This document shows, piece after piece, positions 63,725 to 64,000 of a stretch of DNA of 64,000 bases. Under the pieces are notes generated by a model. The model worked only from the letters and a program-made list of their open reading frames with translations. It was not told the origin of the DNA and searched no databases. The DNA is taken from NCBI GenBank assembly GCA_007120305.1, contig SKNW01000029.1, positions 1,706-65,705 of the forward strand, read 5' to 3'. Every line of letters begins with the position of its first letter. The first letter of the stretch is position 1. The position numbers and the translations under genes are program-made. This DNA comes from Gemmatimonadota bacterium. Lineage in GTDB: Bacteria > Gemmatimonadota > Gemmatimonadetes > Longimicrobiales > Gaopeijiaceae.

Positions 63725-64000
63725 CTACCCGCTGACGGCCGCGAGCCCCGCGGGCCGGGGGGCCGCCTCTTCCCGGGTCACCGAGTTCAGGCAGTACGTT
63801 CCGGATACCGGGCGGCATCGGCAGGCGCCAAAGCGGAGCCCTGCCGGGTTCCCTGGCGCCGCATCTCCACCCCCCTGGGAGGCGGCTCCCGTCAGGAAGG
63901 GCTCCATCAGGTCCGCCAGGACCTTCGGATACCGGGGGTCGGCATGGGGGATGGGAACGCGGTGGAAGGCCAGACCCCGGGCCTCCGCTTCCTCTCGCAG
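63725..64000 (-). CDS. hemH: Ferrochelatase, C-terminal fragment; the gene continues beyond the right edge
   Basis: Hand translation gives LREEAEARGLAFHRVPIPHADPRYPKVLADLMEPFL...GACRCRPVSGTYCLN. The first part is ferrochelatase-like and the Cys-rich tail resembles [2Fe-2S]-type enzymes. Confidence 0.5.
   Translation of the reverse strand: MREEAEARGLAFHRVPIPHADPRYPKVLADLMEPFLTGAASQGGGDAAPGNPAGLRFGACRCRPVSGTYCLNSVTREEAAPRPAGLAAVSG

Overview
High-GC bacterial window dominated by a complete type-II (purple-type) reaction-centre photosynthesis gene cluster (PGC) spanning about 1-47.8 kb, followed by housekeeping genes (peptidases, proline catabolism, sugar transferase, PPTase) and two haem genes at the right edge.

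The PGC forms three tightly coupled transcription blocks:
- Minus strand: ppaA-ppsR-bchG-pucC-like-bchP-crtE-hemA.
- Plus strand: bchFNBHLM-lhaA-puhA(split)-puhB-puhC-hyp-acsF.
- Minus strand: bchID-crtF-bchCXYZ-pufBALMC-nfu-like-puhE, convergent with the plus-strand block.

crtI, an FAD oxidoreductase, an SDR, a CryB-like Fe-S photolyase/cryptochrome and a hybrid histidine kinase sit on the right flank of the PGC.

Most notable observations:
- The RC H subunit is encoded as two ATGA-coupled ORFs: a TM piece and a cytoplasmic piece.
- A NifU/NfuA-like gene lies 1 nt after pufC.
- Textbook tandem TGT-N12-ACA PpsR operators lie upstream of bchC, with related 18-mers at bchF and bchG.
- A foreign-looking block between acsF and puhE carries a dense GGCAGAA motif cluster and perfect 20-bp tandem repeats.
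- Many genes carry in-frame short tandem-repeat expansions.

No tRNA, rRNA, CRISPR array or transposase/integrase was recognised. Many long ORFs in the supplied track are antisense shadow ORFs typical of high-GC DNA and were ignored. Several track 'M' starts are really TTG/GTG codons, so I re-picked starts where context allowed. Host assignment (Gemmatimonadota-like phototroph) is inference only.
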